NCBI GenBank assembly: GCA_950097015.1
Contig: CATNEN010000039.1
Location: 16,864,001-16,928,000, forward strand
Reading direction: 5' to 3'
DNA length: 64,000 nucleotides
Origin: Macrostomum hystrix
Lineage: Eukaryota > Animalia > Platyhelminthes
This document shows, one piece after another, positions 42,014-56,800 of the stretch. Position numbers and translations under genes: made by a program. Position 1 is the first letter of the stretch. Each line of letters begins with the position of its first letter. Under the pieces are notes generated by a model. It was not told the origin of the DNA. It made no database searches and worked only from the letters and a program-made list of their open reading frames with translations.

Positions 42014-45000
42014 TCATTTTTTCATTTGCAACCTCTTTGCCTGCGGTTGCACCTGCTTTGTTTCTGGGGCAGATTGCTTGACAGGTTTATCGGCAGATTC
42101 AGAGATAGATTTTTCTGAAGACGGTAGGGCTGGCTGGGCGGTAGATTCATCGGTCGATTGGTTGGTAGATTGGTTAGTAGCTTGGTCGGTCGGTTGGTTG
42201 GTAGATTGGTTAGTAGCTTGGTCGGTCGGTTGGTTGGTAGATTGGTTAGTAGCTTGGTCGGTCGGTTGGTTGGTAGATTGGTTAGTAGCTTGGTCGGTCG
42301 GTTGGTTGGTAGATTGGTTAGTAGCTTGGTCGGTCGGTTGGTTGGTAGATTGCTTAGTAGCTTGGTGGGTCGGTTGGTTGGTAGATTCGGTGGCAGATAG
42401 GTCAGTAGATTGTCCCTCTTTCGGCCTAGATGGTCGCTGCATTCGCTGCACGGCCCTCACAATGGATCGCAGTTTCATGAGGCGCTCGCTAACAGGACGT
42501 TTCTCCGGATCCTGCTGAAGCAGGTTGTTCGGATCGCGGTTCAGATTGACCTTCAAAAAGCCGCGCCTGATGGCTTCGGCTGCGTCCAATCGGACTCCGT
42601 CGCCGAGGCCAGAGTAGCTACCGTCGGCTGGATCAATGAGGCCCAGCTCAACGGCTCGAGCAAAACTGACAATGTCCTGCCATGTGAGTTCAGTTTTTTT
42701 CTTGGTTATCTTACGGTTTTAAAGATTCAGCTGCGGAAGAAAACTAATGAATAACAAGGACGTTTGTCATTAGGAACCACAAAAATGAGTAGAAGGACGG
42801 GAAATTACATTTCTTAGAAAAATATGAAGACTAAAATTTTGAAAATTAGTTGATCGAAAAGGGCGGAAAATTTTGATCCAAATTGTGGACTTTCACGAAA
42901 ATCGGTTATTCGGTTTAAGAGCTATTGTGAATTAGGCAGTGGGTATTTGAAACATCCACGTGGTCTTTACCAAGGGAGAAAAGGCGTAGTCAGTCTACCG
43001 TTAACAGCCGATAGGTAGAAAACATGAGCAAATGACTCAGGACTCACCTTGTCGCGCTGACTGACAACACCAACCACCGTGAAGCTCTGCATCACCTCCT
43101 CGCCATCTTCATCGCCACCGACGCCGCCGGCGACACCGCCGTAGTAGTCCACGGCCACCAGACCCTGGCGAAGGGCCTCCTGCACCGGTAGCTCCAGGCT
43201 TTTGGCGCCGCGGTAGACTCCAGCAGCCGGGTCCAGCACACCCAACTCGATGGCAGCTTTGGCTGGCAGCCAGGCACCGCTGGCCGGGTCGATGGCGTGG
43301 CTGACAACGAATGGCCGGGTCTCGCGTCTGGTCCGAATCGTGATGACGCCATAGCTGCGCTCTTCGTCCTTCGTAACCTCGCTGGTGGCGGCTTCAACGC
43401 GGATCAGCTCCCGGTTCATGGCCTCGGCCGTGGCCAGGCGTTCACCGGTGACATTGTTGGTGTAGCTGGACAGATCCGGGCTGACGACGCCGCGAGAGAC
43501 GGCCTCTTCTAGGGACACATAATCGCCCCGGCTGTGATCTGCAGTTGATTAATATTGTCATTTAAGCGTTTTAGATTATTCGACCCTACTTGCAGTAGAG
43601 CTGAAGTGCGCTAAATGCTTTACATGCGAATGACCCGTAGCTCGTGACCTCTCAATTAGGATCCCGAAGCTCTAACGATTGGGGTAGCTAGGGGGTATTA
43701 AAAATGCCCAAGATTTTCTCTTTTCTGTCTCCTAAAATATTGAATCGCTCGCCATGAAAAAACTAGAACACGGACTAAAAGTTTCCGTTCTATCCGATTA
43801 AACTACTTCTAGAATCACAAAACATCGGCATCGTCAAGATTTTCAACGATTCTTGTCGGGGTGACAAAAACCGCCAATAAAGGCATAAATTTCTACTCAC
43901 AAAATTTCATCGTGTAACAATTTCGGATAGTTAGGATCTATTAAATTGTTAAGTTTTTTATTGTTGAACCAATATGGATTCGCCATAGACGTTTGTAAAG
44001 ACCAATGTTACTTGATCTTGTCTCTGGATCTTCGGATCTTCGACTGGATCTTCGTTGAATATCTCGACGATGCTGACGTCGGACAGCATTGAAAGTTAGT
44101 TCATCCTAAAGGTCCCCACGTGTTCTGTCTACTGTTAAAAGCTAGAAAAAATGAGGCACAATCTCACCGAAAATCCCAGTGATCACGTATCGGGTCTTCT
44201 CCTCTTTTGAGTGCCGCCTCAACTCGGACGAGTCCGTTGTTGAGTGCTTCTCGGACGTGAGCAGAAACGGATCGTCCCAGGCCTCCTTGTGCTGCTCGGT
44301 CTCCAGTTGGATCTCGGAAAGCCAGAGTCTTTTATAAAGAGTTTTTCATTGGCTAAGGCGCGTCACATGACTTAAAGGTGGGTTTCCCTTTAGAATATAT
44401 TCTAAAAATAGATGCACACTAGCAAGCTTTACTTGACCAATCAAAAGAAGCTGTAGATTGTTAGTGCTTTACCTAGATAGATCGTCCTCTGTGATGGCCT
44501 TCAAGTCCAGGAGGGATTTGTGCACCAGCAAGTGCTCCTGCGAGGTCATGACCTCGTCACGAGCGCCCATGGCGAGCCAGCGTTGAATGACGGGCTGTGG
44601 CATGATGAAGTTTTAATTCTAATATTAAAATCCAATAATAAAAGTCTACAAAGAAGCTCCCACGCCTTTCCTCTCTCACCTCCAGAATTTTGAACAAGGT
44701 TACAATCACGGTAGTATCTTCGAACATGAAGAAATCGTCTGCTGGGAATAACGCCTTTCGATTTCCGACTGAAAGTGCGAAAACTCTAGCAGTAGTTCTC
44801 TAGCAGTAGTTCTCTAGCAGAGTTCATAAAAATTCTTTCGCTACGAAAAAATAAATTGTAGACAAAAAAGATTTCTTTTTACTTATTTTAATTTGTATGA
44901 CTATACTTCTGGCATTTTGGAGTAGCTAATGTATTGTTTTGTTTTACTTTTTGGCGCCAATTCGAATTCAACTAAAAAGCTTACCCTTTCGCACCGAGGA

Positions 45001-47292
45001 GTCCAGCACAGCGGACAAATATGTGAGTTTGTCGTTGGCCAGCCTGAAGCCGGGGTGTTTTGACCAGTTGGCACTAAATAGGCGCCAGAATTTCTCAATC
45101 AGGTAGCGCAGATCGCTAATCTCCGACTCGGTCAGATAGTTGAAGTATTGCTTCTGCAATGACAGTACTGCACAACTTCAGCGTTATCTATTGATTAGCA
45201 TAATGTTTTTAGATTCAAACGAGGGGGGAATTTAGTCTTTTAACACGACATCTACGAGCCAACTCTCCCATCCCACTCTCATCCCAAACCACTCTCATCC
45301 CGTCCCACTCTCATCCCATCCCACTCTCAACCCGTCCCACTCTCATCCCATCCCACTCTCATCCCAAACCACTCTCATCCCATCCCACTCTCATCCATCC
45401 CACTCTCATCCATCCCACTCTCATCCCATCCCACTCTCATCCCATCCCACTCTCATCCCATCCCACTCTCATCCCATCCCACTCTCATCCCAAACCACTC
45501 TCATCCCATCCCACTCTCATCCATCCCACTCTCATCCATCCCACTCTCATCCCATCCCACTCTCATCCCATCCCACTCTCATCCCATCCCACTCTCATCC
45601 CATCCCACTCTCATCCCATCCCACTCTCACCCCAGCCCACTCTCATCCATCCCACTCTCATCCCACTCTCATCCCATCCAACTCTCATCCCATCCCACTC
45701 TCATCCCATCCCACTCTCATCCCATCCCACTCTCATCCCATCCCACTCTCATCCCATCCCACTCTCATCCCATCCCACTCTCACCCCAGCCCACTCTCAT
45801 CCATCCCACTCTCATCCCATCCCACTCTCATCCCACCCCACTCTCATCCCATCCAACTCTCACCCCAGCCCACTCTCTCATCCCACTCTCATCCCATCCC
45901 ACTCTCATCCCATCCAACTCTCACCCCAGCCCACTCTCACCCCAGCCCACTCTCTCATCCCACTCTCACCCCATCCCACTCTCATATCTGGCGCTGACTA
46001 AGGTGTCATTACTATGTAAATTATAAAATTCGCAGAAACGTTCTGCGCACCACTCACATCGGCACTATTGTATTCGCGAATGCTAATTATGACAATCCAG
46101 AAGATAGTCTTTGTCACAAGTTTCAAGCTCTCGGTGAAGACGTTGAAAAAGAACAGTCGAAGCTTCGACGCCGCGTCAATGGCCTCCGAGCAAGGCGGCG
46201 GAAGCAGAACAATTGGAGCCGGAACTAACAAGATTCTGCCCGCCAGGCTTTTCACCTGGTGGACACGGTGTTCAGGTATTTTATATAAGCAAATTATATT
46301 TCTATCAGTGCAACTTTACTTGTCTATTTGAAATTGGTCATCTCGACTGACCTTCCAGAGTTCTTCGCTGGAGTTTTCAATCAAAAGTAGATCTTCTCCA
46401 GGCATAACGCAGGCCTATTAAATATTTTTGTAGGAAAAAAATTTGTAGGTATACTTCTGTCTAATCGCAAGTTACAGTAGATAAACAAACTCGCAGAAGA
46501 CAAGGTTCCAGTGCAAGACATCCTGTTAGATAAAAGATCCTGCTAGATAACAGATCTTGCTAGATAACAGATCCTGCTAGATAACAGATCCTGCTAGATA
46601 ACAGATCCTGCTAGATAACAGATCCTGCTAGATAACAGATTCTGCTAGATAACAGATCCTGCTAGATAACAGATCCTGCTAGATAACAGATCCTGCTAGA
46701 TAACAGATCCTGCTAGATAACAGATCCTGCTAGATAACAGATCCTGCTATAGATAACAGATCCTGCTAGATAACAGATCCTGCTAGATAACAGATCCTGC
46801 TAGATAACAGATCCTGCTAGATAACAGATCCTGCTAGATAACAGATCCTGCTAGATAACAGATCCTGCTAGATAACAGATCCTGCTAGATAACAGATCCT
46901 GCTAGATAACAGATCCTGCTAGACGGCACACAATCCCCCCTGGCAATTTTTGTGCTGCACCCGAACGGAGCAACGCAAGCAGACGAAACTCAAGAACACG
47001 AGCTAACTTTTTGTTGCACATTTTCTGAAGCAAGAACCAAGTCGCCAGCTCTTCAGACCATCGAGATATTCAATGGTTCTGGCGGAAGGTCGGATTTTTC
47101 CATAAGCGCTGGTTCGCAGCTTAACAACATTTTCAGGGGGAATCCCCCCTGCCGTGCCGGGTGGCAAAATGGCTTGGTAGTCCTACTGTTAATAGTAAAT
47201 TACTTACATGCGAACCAACAGGGCCGCCATCAGCACACAGTGCAGAATATCTGGCTAAAGCTGTACACCAGATTTGAGCATTTGATTGCAGC

Positions 47293-47323
<31 letters not shown>

Positions 47324-48398
47324 TGACCCCATTCTTAAGTCGCAGCGAGCATGGATAGATGCGAAAAGACTGCTCGTGCTTCTGTTTGACCTTGAACTGC
47401 CACATCTCAAGGGATTCAAACAAAGCCTGCGAAAAAAGGTTAGTTTAAATAAAAATACTTTATTTACCTTTTTTTCATAGAATCAATTAGGAATTGACAA
47501 ATTAAGGAATTAAAGAATCTACGAATCAAGGAATCGACAATGAGTCCACATGGCAATGAACTCACCTGGCAGGCAGCCAACAGGCCGGTGAATCTCTCGG
47601 CGTTGGCGGATCTGACGCGGGAGTGCAGCCAGGCTCCAACGGCCTCGCTCAAGTAGGCCAGGTTCTGCGTCATGGCGTCCTTGACGATGTGCAGCTCGTA
47701 GAAGAACACCAGAAAGTCGTTGGCGTTCCGTTGGTGTACAGCGGCGCAGTCTTCCAGTGCGGACAGCTCGTCCAGAGTCTCGCGCAGAACCGACACCTTG
47801 CTGAAGATCTTCTGGCCGCAGTCGCGATTATCGGACACGTCTATGCCGCGCTGCAGGCAGTTGTCTGCCCACCTAGCAACCGACTGTGCTTCCCTAGTTA
47901 CGCTGCATTCAGTGCGAACTAAAGATTCCTGTGAATTCGTGGAAAAGTTAAGAGCAAGATAACACATTTCTAGCTCTAATCTCACCCATTTATACTTTTT
48001 ATCTCACGCGTCTCTACCCTTTATCTCACCTATCTCTATCTCTATCTTACCTGTCCCTACTGCAATCTCACCTAACTCTCTACCTTCTGTCTCTGCCTCT
48101 AATCTCATTTATAAGTCTTGCAAGTGAGGCGAAAAATTCTAAAAGTAACGTAGACGTAAGAAAACTGTAAACCCACAAGCAGGCTTTCAGTGAGTGCTTC
48201 GCTTCCATTGAGAGCATGAAACAAAGACTGGTCAAGCCACGCCGGGCAACCGTCGGAGCCATTGGCGACATCGCCAGCCTGACGGTTGAGGTGCTTCCTG
48301 GCCGCGCCGGCCTTCAACTGGTCCAGATGGCCCGGCTCCCTCGCTGTGTTGAAAGCGAAACGCCCAACCGACAAGCGATTTCCATTCTGGCTGGACAT
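42014..48398 (-). CDS. Short plakin-family protein (partial plakin/SH3 region plus plectin repeats), 11 exons: 48398-48177, 47928-47566, 47426-47208, 46414-46352, 46255-46058, 45153-44985, 44768-44680, 44594-44473, 44328-44168, 43538-43048, 42676-42014; ~919 aa
   Basis: Plakin SH3 signature (GEDLLLIENSSEELWKV...VPAPIVLLPPPCSEAIDAASKL) and plectin-repeat-like units (VSLEEAVSRGVV, AIELGVLDP, AVELGLIDP, AEAIRRGFLK). All ten junctions keep frame; the 5' end is uncertain. Confidence 0.75.
45262..45985. repeat. 16-bp C-rich minisatellite in plakin intron
   Basis: cccactctcatcccat units. Confidence 0.95.
46475..47188. mobile_element. Second copy of the CAGTAG..CTACTG element, carrying an internal 17-bp tandem array
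   Basis: tta on both flanks; 46935-47188 is the reverse complement of segments of 30467-31063. Confidence 0.65.
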
Positions 48399-49235
48399 TT
48401 TCTTATCACTTAATTAACTTCCAAGTGCTCTTGAAGCGCCAGAAGAAAAAAACTGTCGACGATTTATACTCGCTATGTTTCTCACGCTGCAGTTTGAGTC
48501 TTGGGAATTTGACTTTAAGAATTTGAGCAGTCTTACATGTGAACTCGCATTGCACCCTGTCGCATGTGAATGAAGAAAAATATCTTATAATCTTGCTGTG
48601 AAGCCCTTAGCGTTTGACTTGAATTTATTGGCTTCTTCTCTTCGCTATTCGTTCTGCAAACAATAAACAGTTTTCTTTAACTAAAAAACCCAGCTTTCTG
48701 ACTTCTTAATTGTTTTTCCCCGCTTCTAGTACCAGTGTGTACTCAAACTGCTGCAGCGAGCAGAACTACCCAAGCGCACTAAGTTGAGTAGAATTTTTTG
48801 TTTAACCAACCGCAGAGCAAACACTAAGAGATCAAATTCTCAGATCTTATTTCATTGCTAAATATTATATATAGCAGTCTTGACGACCTAAAAAACGTTT
48901 TATCAGTCATTTTAGGCTGAAATATAATGACGCTAGAACAGGACAGACTGTCTGTGGACAGAATGTCTGTGGACAGAATGTCTACTTCACGATAGCTGCT
49001 AAAACGAATGACCGATTTTTGTGAAAGTCCACCACATGAATTCCCTTTACAATGAACTAACTTCCAAAGCCGTTCGATGAGTTAAGTAGTAAAGCGAGTA
49101 CATTTAAATATAAAAAAGAAATCAAAAACAAAAGCTTTAGTTCTCGCCTCAACAAAGCAAGTCAATTTGTCGTGGCACACAAAGCACACAGGTTTAAGCG
49201 TACAGCATTTAAAAAAACTTTGAGTGCAATTTTTT

Positions 49236-50290
49236 GGGATTAGGATTAGGGATTAGGAGATTTTGGGAGTTTTTGGGATTAGGATTAGGGATTAGGAGAT
49301 TTTGGGGGTTTTTGGGATTAGGATTAGGGATTAGGAGATTTTAGGAGTTTTTGGGATTAGGATTAGGGATTAGGAGATTTTGGGATTAGGATTAGGGATT
49401 AGGACATATAAAATAGCATTACATTTATTTCGAATTCAGTAATTTAATTATACACGTACAACACATTATATGAAATATAGTTTTTATCTTCTAAAACAAG
49501 CGGAACTTTTGTCACCAAGCAAACTCAAACTAAAACAATGCAGCCACTAAATTAACTGCTAATTAAGATCTTTAGAAAATGATAATTTAAACGATAGAAG
49601 CATTTTTAAAGGGGCTCGTGGTAATTTTACATAGATTAATAGACATTGATTATAGATTAATGGCGCAGTACTGCATAAAATTTTTATCAATAAATATTCA
49701 AATCCGATCTTTAAAAAATATTCAACAGCAAAATATCCATCTTGATAAGTTATAGAAGCAGGGTAATAAGATTAACACTTTATAAACATAGGCAGGGTTA
49801 GTTGTGAAATAGAAGAAATGACAAGTGAGATTGAAGATATGATAAGGGAGATTAGCAAATAGGACATGTGGGATTAGCAAAAAGAATAGGTGAATGACAG
49901 ATGGGATTAGGATATATGACATGTGGGATTAGGAGATATGACAGGTGAGATTAGGAGATATTACAGGTGAGATTAAGAGACATGACAGGTGAGATTAGGA
50001 GATATGACTGGTGGGATTAGGAGATATGACAGGTGGGATTAAGAGACATGACAGGTGAGATTAGGAGATATGACTGGTGGGATTAGGAGATATGACAGGT
50101 GGGATTAGGAGATATTACAGGTGAGATTAAGAGACATGACAGGTGAGATTAGGAGATATGACTGGTGGGATTAGGAGATATGACAGGTGGGATTAAGAGA
50201 CATGACAGGTGAGATTAGGAGATATGACTGGTGGGATTAGGAGATATGACAGGTGGGATTAAGAGACATGACAGATGGGATCAGAAGATT
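49236..50290. repeat. Two GATTAGG-containing arrays (49236-49403 and 49860-50290)
   Basis: gggattaggattagggattaggaga and gagatatgacaggtgggatta units. Confidence 0.9.
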
Positions 50291-50917
50291 GGACATGTGA
50301 GATGAGGATGAGGCAGAGATGAGGCAGTTGAGATTGTAGATAGGGGCACCTTAGATAGGAGATTAAGATGATTAATTAGAATATATAATGTTGAATATCA
50401 ATCTAAATTTCAGCAAGCAAATTAGATTTCACTCGGCAAAGCAAAATCTAGAACTGACTCAGGCAAGCCATCGATTGTGTCATTTAGTAGGTAAACGATT
50501 GCATGCACTGTGCCTCTGCCACTGGCCAAAGTGAACATAAGACATGGGACGAAAATAATAGAAAAACAATAAAGCAAAAGCAGATAAGCAGAAGACAAAT
50601 TAGAAACTATTATTACTGTCATTCTAAATTTCAGTACTTAATTTCTAGCTCGTAATACGCTTCAGTTTACTTGATTATGTCACGATAAAAAAGGTTTTTT
50701 AATTCAGGCATTTCAAAAAAATGTTTCAAGAAAAAACATGTGCGCATGAGACTACTTTTGAGAATCCTATTAAGTAGGCTGCTTTGGCCTTTTTTTATTG
50801 AGTCCGAAATAAACCAGCAACTAGAAATATTAACTTGAAACAATTAGAAACATTCTTGTAGTTTTAAAAAAACCTGTTGCAAGTCAAGCAGAAAGAAAAG
50901 TGAAGAATTAACAGCTT

Positions 50918-52391
50918 TTAATTAGCGGCCTTGGCGTACATCTGAGTCCATTCTCTAGCATTCTTGATAGCTTCCCGTTCGTTGTTCTTCCACAATTCGG
51001 CGATGTCGTGCTCCAAAGGATCGTCCGGATTTGGCGCGCTCAATAGGGCTTGAATGGAGAGCAGAACCGTGCGAATCTGCAGGGCTGGACTCCATTTATC
51101 TTTGAGAATGTCCAAACAGATCCTACCGAGGCGGTCAATGTTCGGATGATAGATCTTCGTCATGAAGCGAACCTTGGGCGCGCTCATCGGGTACTCCTCC
51201 GGTAGAAATAGTTCCAGCCTATGAGCGATTTTCAATTGACACGGTTCTTAACGATTGTTTCTGGGGGACCAGGGTGTCTCTGGAGGACAGGGGTGTCTCT
51301 GTAGGACAGGACATGGAGTGTCTCTAGTGGACAGGGAGTGTCTCTAGTGGACAGGGAGTGTCTCTAGTGGACAGGGAGTGTCTCTAGTGGACAGGGAGTG
51401 TCTCTAGTGGACAGGGGTGTCTCTGGAGGACAGGGGTGTCTCTGTAGGACAGGACATGGAGTGTCTCTAGTGAACAGGGAGTGTTTCTAGTGGACAGGGA
51501 GTGTCTCTAGTGGACAGGGAGTGTCGCTAGTGGACAGGGGTGTCTCTGGAGGATATGGGGTGTCTCTGGAGGACAGGGGTATCCCTGTAGGACAGTGTAT
51601 CTCTGTAACACAGGGTCTCTAGAAGACAGGGGTGTCTCTGGGGGACTGGGGTGTATCTGGAAGACGGGTGTCTCTGGGGGACTGGGGTGTCTCTAGTAGA
51701 CAGGGGTGTCTCTGGGGGACTGGGGTGTCTCTGGAGGACTAGGGTGTCTCTGGGGGACTGGGGTGTCTCTGGAGGACTAGGGTGTCTCTGGGGGACTGGG
51801 GTGTCTCTGGAGGACTAGGGTGTCTCTGGGGGACTGGGGTGTCTCTGGGGGACTGGGGTGTCTCTGGGGGACTGGGGTGTCTCTGGAGGACTATGGTGTC
51901 TCTGGGGGACTGGGGTGTCTCTGGGGGACTGGAGTTTCTCTGGAAGACAGGGATGTCTCTGGATGACAGGGTGTCCTAGACACACTAGAATTGACTGGTT
52001 TCTAAAACAACCTAGTGGATCGGTTGGTTTCTAGTAGGACCTAGGGTGCCTCTCGAGGTGGTTTATAAAACGATCTAGTGTGTCTCTGAAGGACCTGGGT
52101 GCCTCTGAACGATCCAGTAGCATTTGAAGGACCAGGTGAAGTACATGGTATATATGGAAGATTTGGGAAAATTCCTATAGACGAGAAGTGGTCCAACAGT
52201 GCTCTAAGGAATTTAACGGATGTATATCATTACCTGAAAATGCCGCCCTCATAGGCGCTGTCTTTTGGACCATGCACCAAGACATGAAAATAGCGTGCAT
52301 TGGCTTCATTTGGCGTGGCCTCAATGCCTTCCACAGGCTCAGACATTAAGCGCTGGGTCTCTTTAATTATACGCCTGGGTAGATTTGACAT
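50918..52391 (-). CDS. UBE2N: Ubiquitin-conjugating enzyme E2 N (Ubc13), 2 exons: 52391-52234, 51218-50918; 152 aa
   Basis: [16 protein letters not shown]...NARYFHV...[56 protein letters not shown]; active-site Cys present. Confidence 0.97.
51262..51980. repeat. ~19-20-bp G-rich minisatellite in UBE2N intron
   Basis: gtgtctctagtggacaggga changing to gtgtctctgggggactggg. Confidence 0.95.
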
Positions 52392-53837
52392 GGTTATGCA
52401 AACTAGATGAAGTTATCAATTTAATGTAATGAGGTACTTATCAACTGTAAGGTCTTTGGTTATCTCAACTGAAATTGGTTTAAAAGTAAATACACTATTT
52501 TAAGGGGAAATGAAAAAATTATATCAAATAAATCTAAAAATCTTAGAATTGAATATTATTTTTAATTTAACTAATAATTACAACTATACTGCTAGTAACA
52601 ACATAAAGAATAACAGAAAACACCAACAATGTAGTTATAATTTCTTGGTACTAGAACTTAAATGTAAAACCTGATTCTAGAAAATACTTGAGAATACTAG
52701 GTAATACTAGAAGCTATAATTACTAATCAGACAATAAAAAATTCTTGGATCCAGCAAAGATAAATGATCAGGTTTAGCAATTAAATCAATATTCATTGAA
52801 ACTTATACTGTCATTTCACAATCATTCAAACATACACTTCCATTTTTTTAATTGTTGTCATTAGTAGACTCTTTAAACCAAACTAAAATAGTTTTTTAAT
52901 GAAAAAAACTACAAAAATGGTCACAGTGTGTGATGGCATACATTTTGTATCAAAGTAAATTAATATTGTTATATTTTTAAAGATGTGTAGTACTTAAAAA
53001 CTTGTATCGTATTTTAAGAATTAAGTATTTTTTCCTTGATATAGTAATAGTATTATATTAATATTTAGAAAAACATGATATTTAGTCCTACAACTGGCTA
53101 CAATCTTATTTTATAGTATTATTGTCAATATTAAAGAACATGTTTAAATAACAAAAAAATATGTTACATTGTTTACAAGAGTATCATAGTATGCCAAGCT
53201 AAAATATTCAAACTTTTGAACCCTTGCCTGATATTCCAGACAGAAAAATCTGTGAAATGCATATACTTTCATTAGCAGTAGTAATACAGTTTTGATAATA
53301 TTTTATTAGAATTACCCATAAGCTATTTACCATGTCCATTGACCATTAGTCATAGCTGCAAAGATAAAACCAGTGGTATATCCAAGGGGGATCAGTAATA
53401 CTTTCCCCAAAAGCATTTGTCAATTTTTAATATACATTTTCTAATGTTGAAGTAAATGAACTGCAGCATCAAAGTCAGGTTAAAAGGCCAAAACAAATTG
53501 AAACAGGTTAGGCCCCTAGGTTAATATAGGCCTACCCCATCAAAAATAAATCAAGTTTCAAGTGTCTGAATCAAACTACTGAGTAGTATTAAGAACAAAC
53601 TAGCTATAGACATAGTATAACTAAGTTAAATTTGCTAATTGCACAACCACAAACATTTTCCAAACAGGAAAAAATGAACTGAAGACAGACTTCAGTAACC
53701 TTAGACTTAGACCTAACTAAAAATGTGGGCGCATTTCAAGTCTGATTAAAGCCGAGACAAAGTCCACATTGATTTTTTTACTCGTTTATATTAAAATCCT
53801 TTTTTGAGGCGTTCCCTAATGCAATAAGCAAATTGAA

Positions 53838-56800
53838 ATGAGCCACGAGCCAGTTAAGATGAGAAAAGTGCGAAACCAGAGTGTTAGTCGAGTAAATCGA
53901 AATTTTAGGTCTTTTTTGAAATTTCGACTTTTTCTTTTATTTACAACAAGGTTACGGCAATGTATCATTGATATAAAAATAATCTCTGTAGCCATCGACA
54001 TTAGTATTTTTTAGCCTTGTTGTTTTAAAGTTGGCTTAGCTAATTTATTTGTTTATACTTCTCGCGATTAAGTTGCGATTAATTATAAATTTCTAAATTG
54101 CCCAATTCAAGCGTGCTGACTGTCTGTCATCGACGTTAGTGTAATGATTAATTATTTTAAATAAAACTCCTTCAACTACTTGCTGGAATTCCTTGCTAGG
54201 CCTATACTATACTTGTATCGACTATCTTGGAGTATTTTTTCAATATAATACAGTTTATAAAACATCGTTTTGATATTATTATTTTCTGATGCAAATGCAG
54301 TGTTGTTTTGCTGTTCGTTTTCAGGAAGTAAAAAAATAATACTAATAATAACGATATAAATAAAGTTTCTAAATGAACTCTCACATACTATGCTAGAGAT
54401 AATGGCTAGGCCTTTTTATTGTTTTTCTAGCTTAAGAGGTAGAGATTCTAGCCTAGTGGTTAGGGTGTCGGACTCACGACTTGAAGGTCGGGGGTTCGAT
54501 TCCCGACTCCACTGGAACAATTTGCGTCCTTAAGCAAGACACTTAACTCTGCATTGCTTCAGTTCACCCAGCTGTTAAATGGGTACCAACATCAGCTGGG
54601 ATAATTGAAGGTGGGTGTGGCATCCCCCCAGTCCATGGACTCAACAGCTGTATGCAGCCTTCAGATGCGCAGCGCTGCGCATTAGCTGCGGCTGTGCTGT
54701 CAGCTGCACATCTGACCCAATTGGGGCAGGTGTAATCAATTATTATTAGCTTAACCTTCTTATTTTGTTGTTATACCATGAATAGTCTTAGTCTAGTAGC
54801 TTCTTTGTCAAATCAACAGTCAAATAAATAGTTTATAACCAAAATTTTCTTCTTTGCTATAAGTCTTCTGCTACTCAAACTGTTGAAATAAGTTTTAAAT
54901 CATCTTACCATTAATCTGTTCAATTTGCTATTTTTATCTAGTTTTATCTTTATCAATCTTTATTAAGATACCATTATACCATATACTATCTATTGTACTT
55001 TTCCGGCTTTTAAACATTGAATGCATTTATATAATAGACCCCACCCAATCAAATAGCAACTTATAAGGAGTCAATTTTTAAGACAGTTTTGAATAATTTT
55101 TTAATTTTTTTAAATTTCTCTTTACAAATTTCATGAGGTCATTCGAAGCAAAGGGGGCATCTTATTTAAAAGTTACCTTTTGCATCAACATATTTAGCAG
55201 TTCAACAATAAATATGAAGCTTTTTATTTAGCCAAGTATCATTTGTAACATTAAAGCTTCTTGCTTTTCATTGAAATTCTCTTGCAAATGTAAAACACAA
55301 AAGCAATGTAATCATTTATCATATGTTCATTTAGTTTTTTCATCAGTCCAATGCTTAGCACTGTTACAAGATAATGTGATATTATAAGTAATATTTTTCA
55401 CATTCCAGTCTGCACAAGTTGACCAATCAACAGTGGCTAATGGTCACACAACTCGCCCTGGCAATGGTTGCCAAGGCAACAGCACTGATAAAGCAAATTA
55501 CAATCAGATGCAACGTGTCAGTTCTGTATCAAGTTTCTATGATTGGGAAGCAGTTAAGAATCGATATAAAAAGTTTCACTCTGATCCAAGTGTGAATTAC
55601 TTCTGGTAGGTGGCGACTTAGTAAACTCTAAAATTAATGTTAGGATATCTACAACATTTACCTACATGGAAATTCTTCTTACACTTCCAGGCGAGCCCAC
55701 ACCATCACCTGTCTGGTACTGTTCTGTGCCACGCTTATCTACTTGTCTGTATTTGAAACGCCCAGTTCAGATACAGAGTATAATACAAAAAGGTAGTGCT
55801 GCTTATCTTTCTATTTTTATATATTGGCTTTTATTCAAACTTCTTTACGTTTTCGTAAATGAGTTTTTCTTTTGGTCATCTCTAATGACCTCCAAAAATA
55901 TCCCTAAATTGAGATTCTATTTTTCCAGTTCTTCCTTAATTCTGTCCATCATTTGCTGACTCCTGAGCACTCGTACGCCTATACTGTACCACAGGCACTT
56001 GCTCACACAGGTGTGTACATCTGCCCTGACTTTCTCATCGTCAGGCATTGTACACTCTCATTGTGCCCTGTAGGTTGGCCCTCAAGGGCATAAATTGCAC
56101 GACAAGCCCTCAAGCCTTCTCTCCGTGGCTGCACCCCAAATGAATGTGGTCTCGCCGCGGAATCGAGCTCAGGGAACTTGGTGAGAGAGTCAAACGCGTT
56201 AACCACGCTGACACTCAATCCCCCCCGATCGAAATTAACCTTAAGTATAATTTCAAGGCCTATTCATATATTTCCTTATTTCAGAGGTCTATTAGCAGTA
56301 ATCCTGGTATTCCTGCTATACGGCGTTATTTATACACCAGACGGACCTTTCCTACGGCCTCATCCGGTATTTTGGCGCTTCGTTCTCTGCCTTAGCGTTG
56401 TTTACGAACTGGGCCTCATCTACCTGCTGTTTCAGGTGAGAATGAGGCAACATTTTCTAAAAGTTGTATTAACCTTTTTTAGGTATTACATCAGATTCTC
56501 AGGACCTTCTTATCAGGTTTCTTTGTTATCCTCCGTTTATTCAGGGGCATTATCATCAGGTTTCCTTATTATCCACCGTTTATTCAGGGGCATTATCATC
56601 AGGTTTCCTTATTATCCAACGTTTATTCAGGGGCATTTTTATCAGGTTTCCTTATTATCCACCGTTTATTCAGGGGCATTTTCGTCAAGTTTCCTTATTT
56701 TCCACCGTTTATTCAGGGGCATTTTCGTCAAGTTTCCTTATTTTCCACCGTTTATTCAGGGGCATTTTCGTCAAGTTTCCTTATTATCCACCGTTTATTC

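Noticed and set aside
49236-49403. Interstitial telomere
   Set aside because: TTAGGG occurs only singly inside a longer unit, not as tandem hexamers.
54445-54520. tRNA genes (also 5726-5800 and the family A heads)
   Set aside because: A/B boxes are present but the acceptor stems are incomplete and run into SINE bodies.
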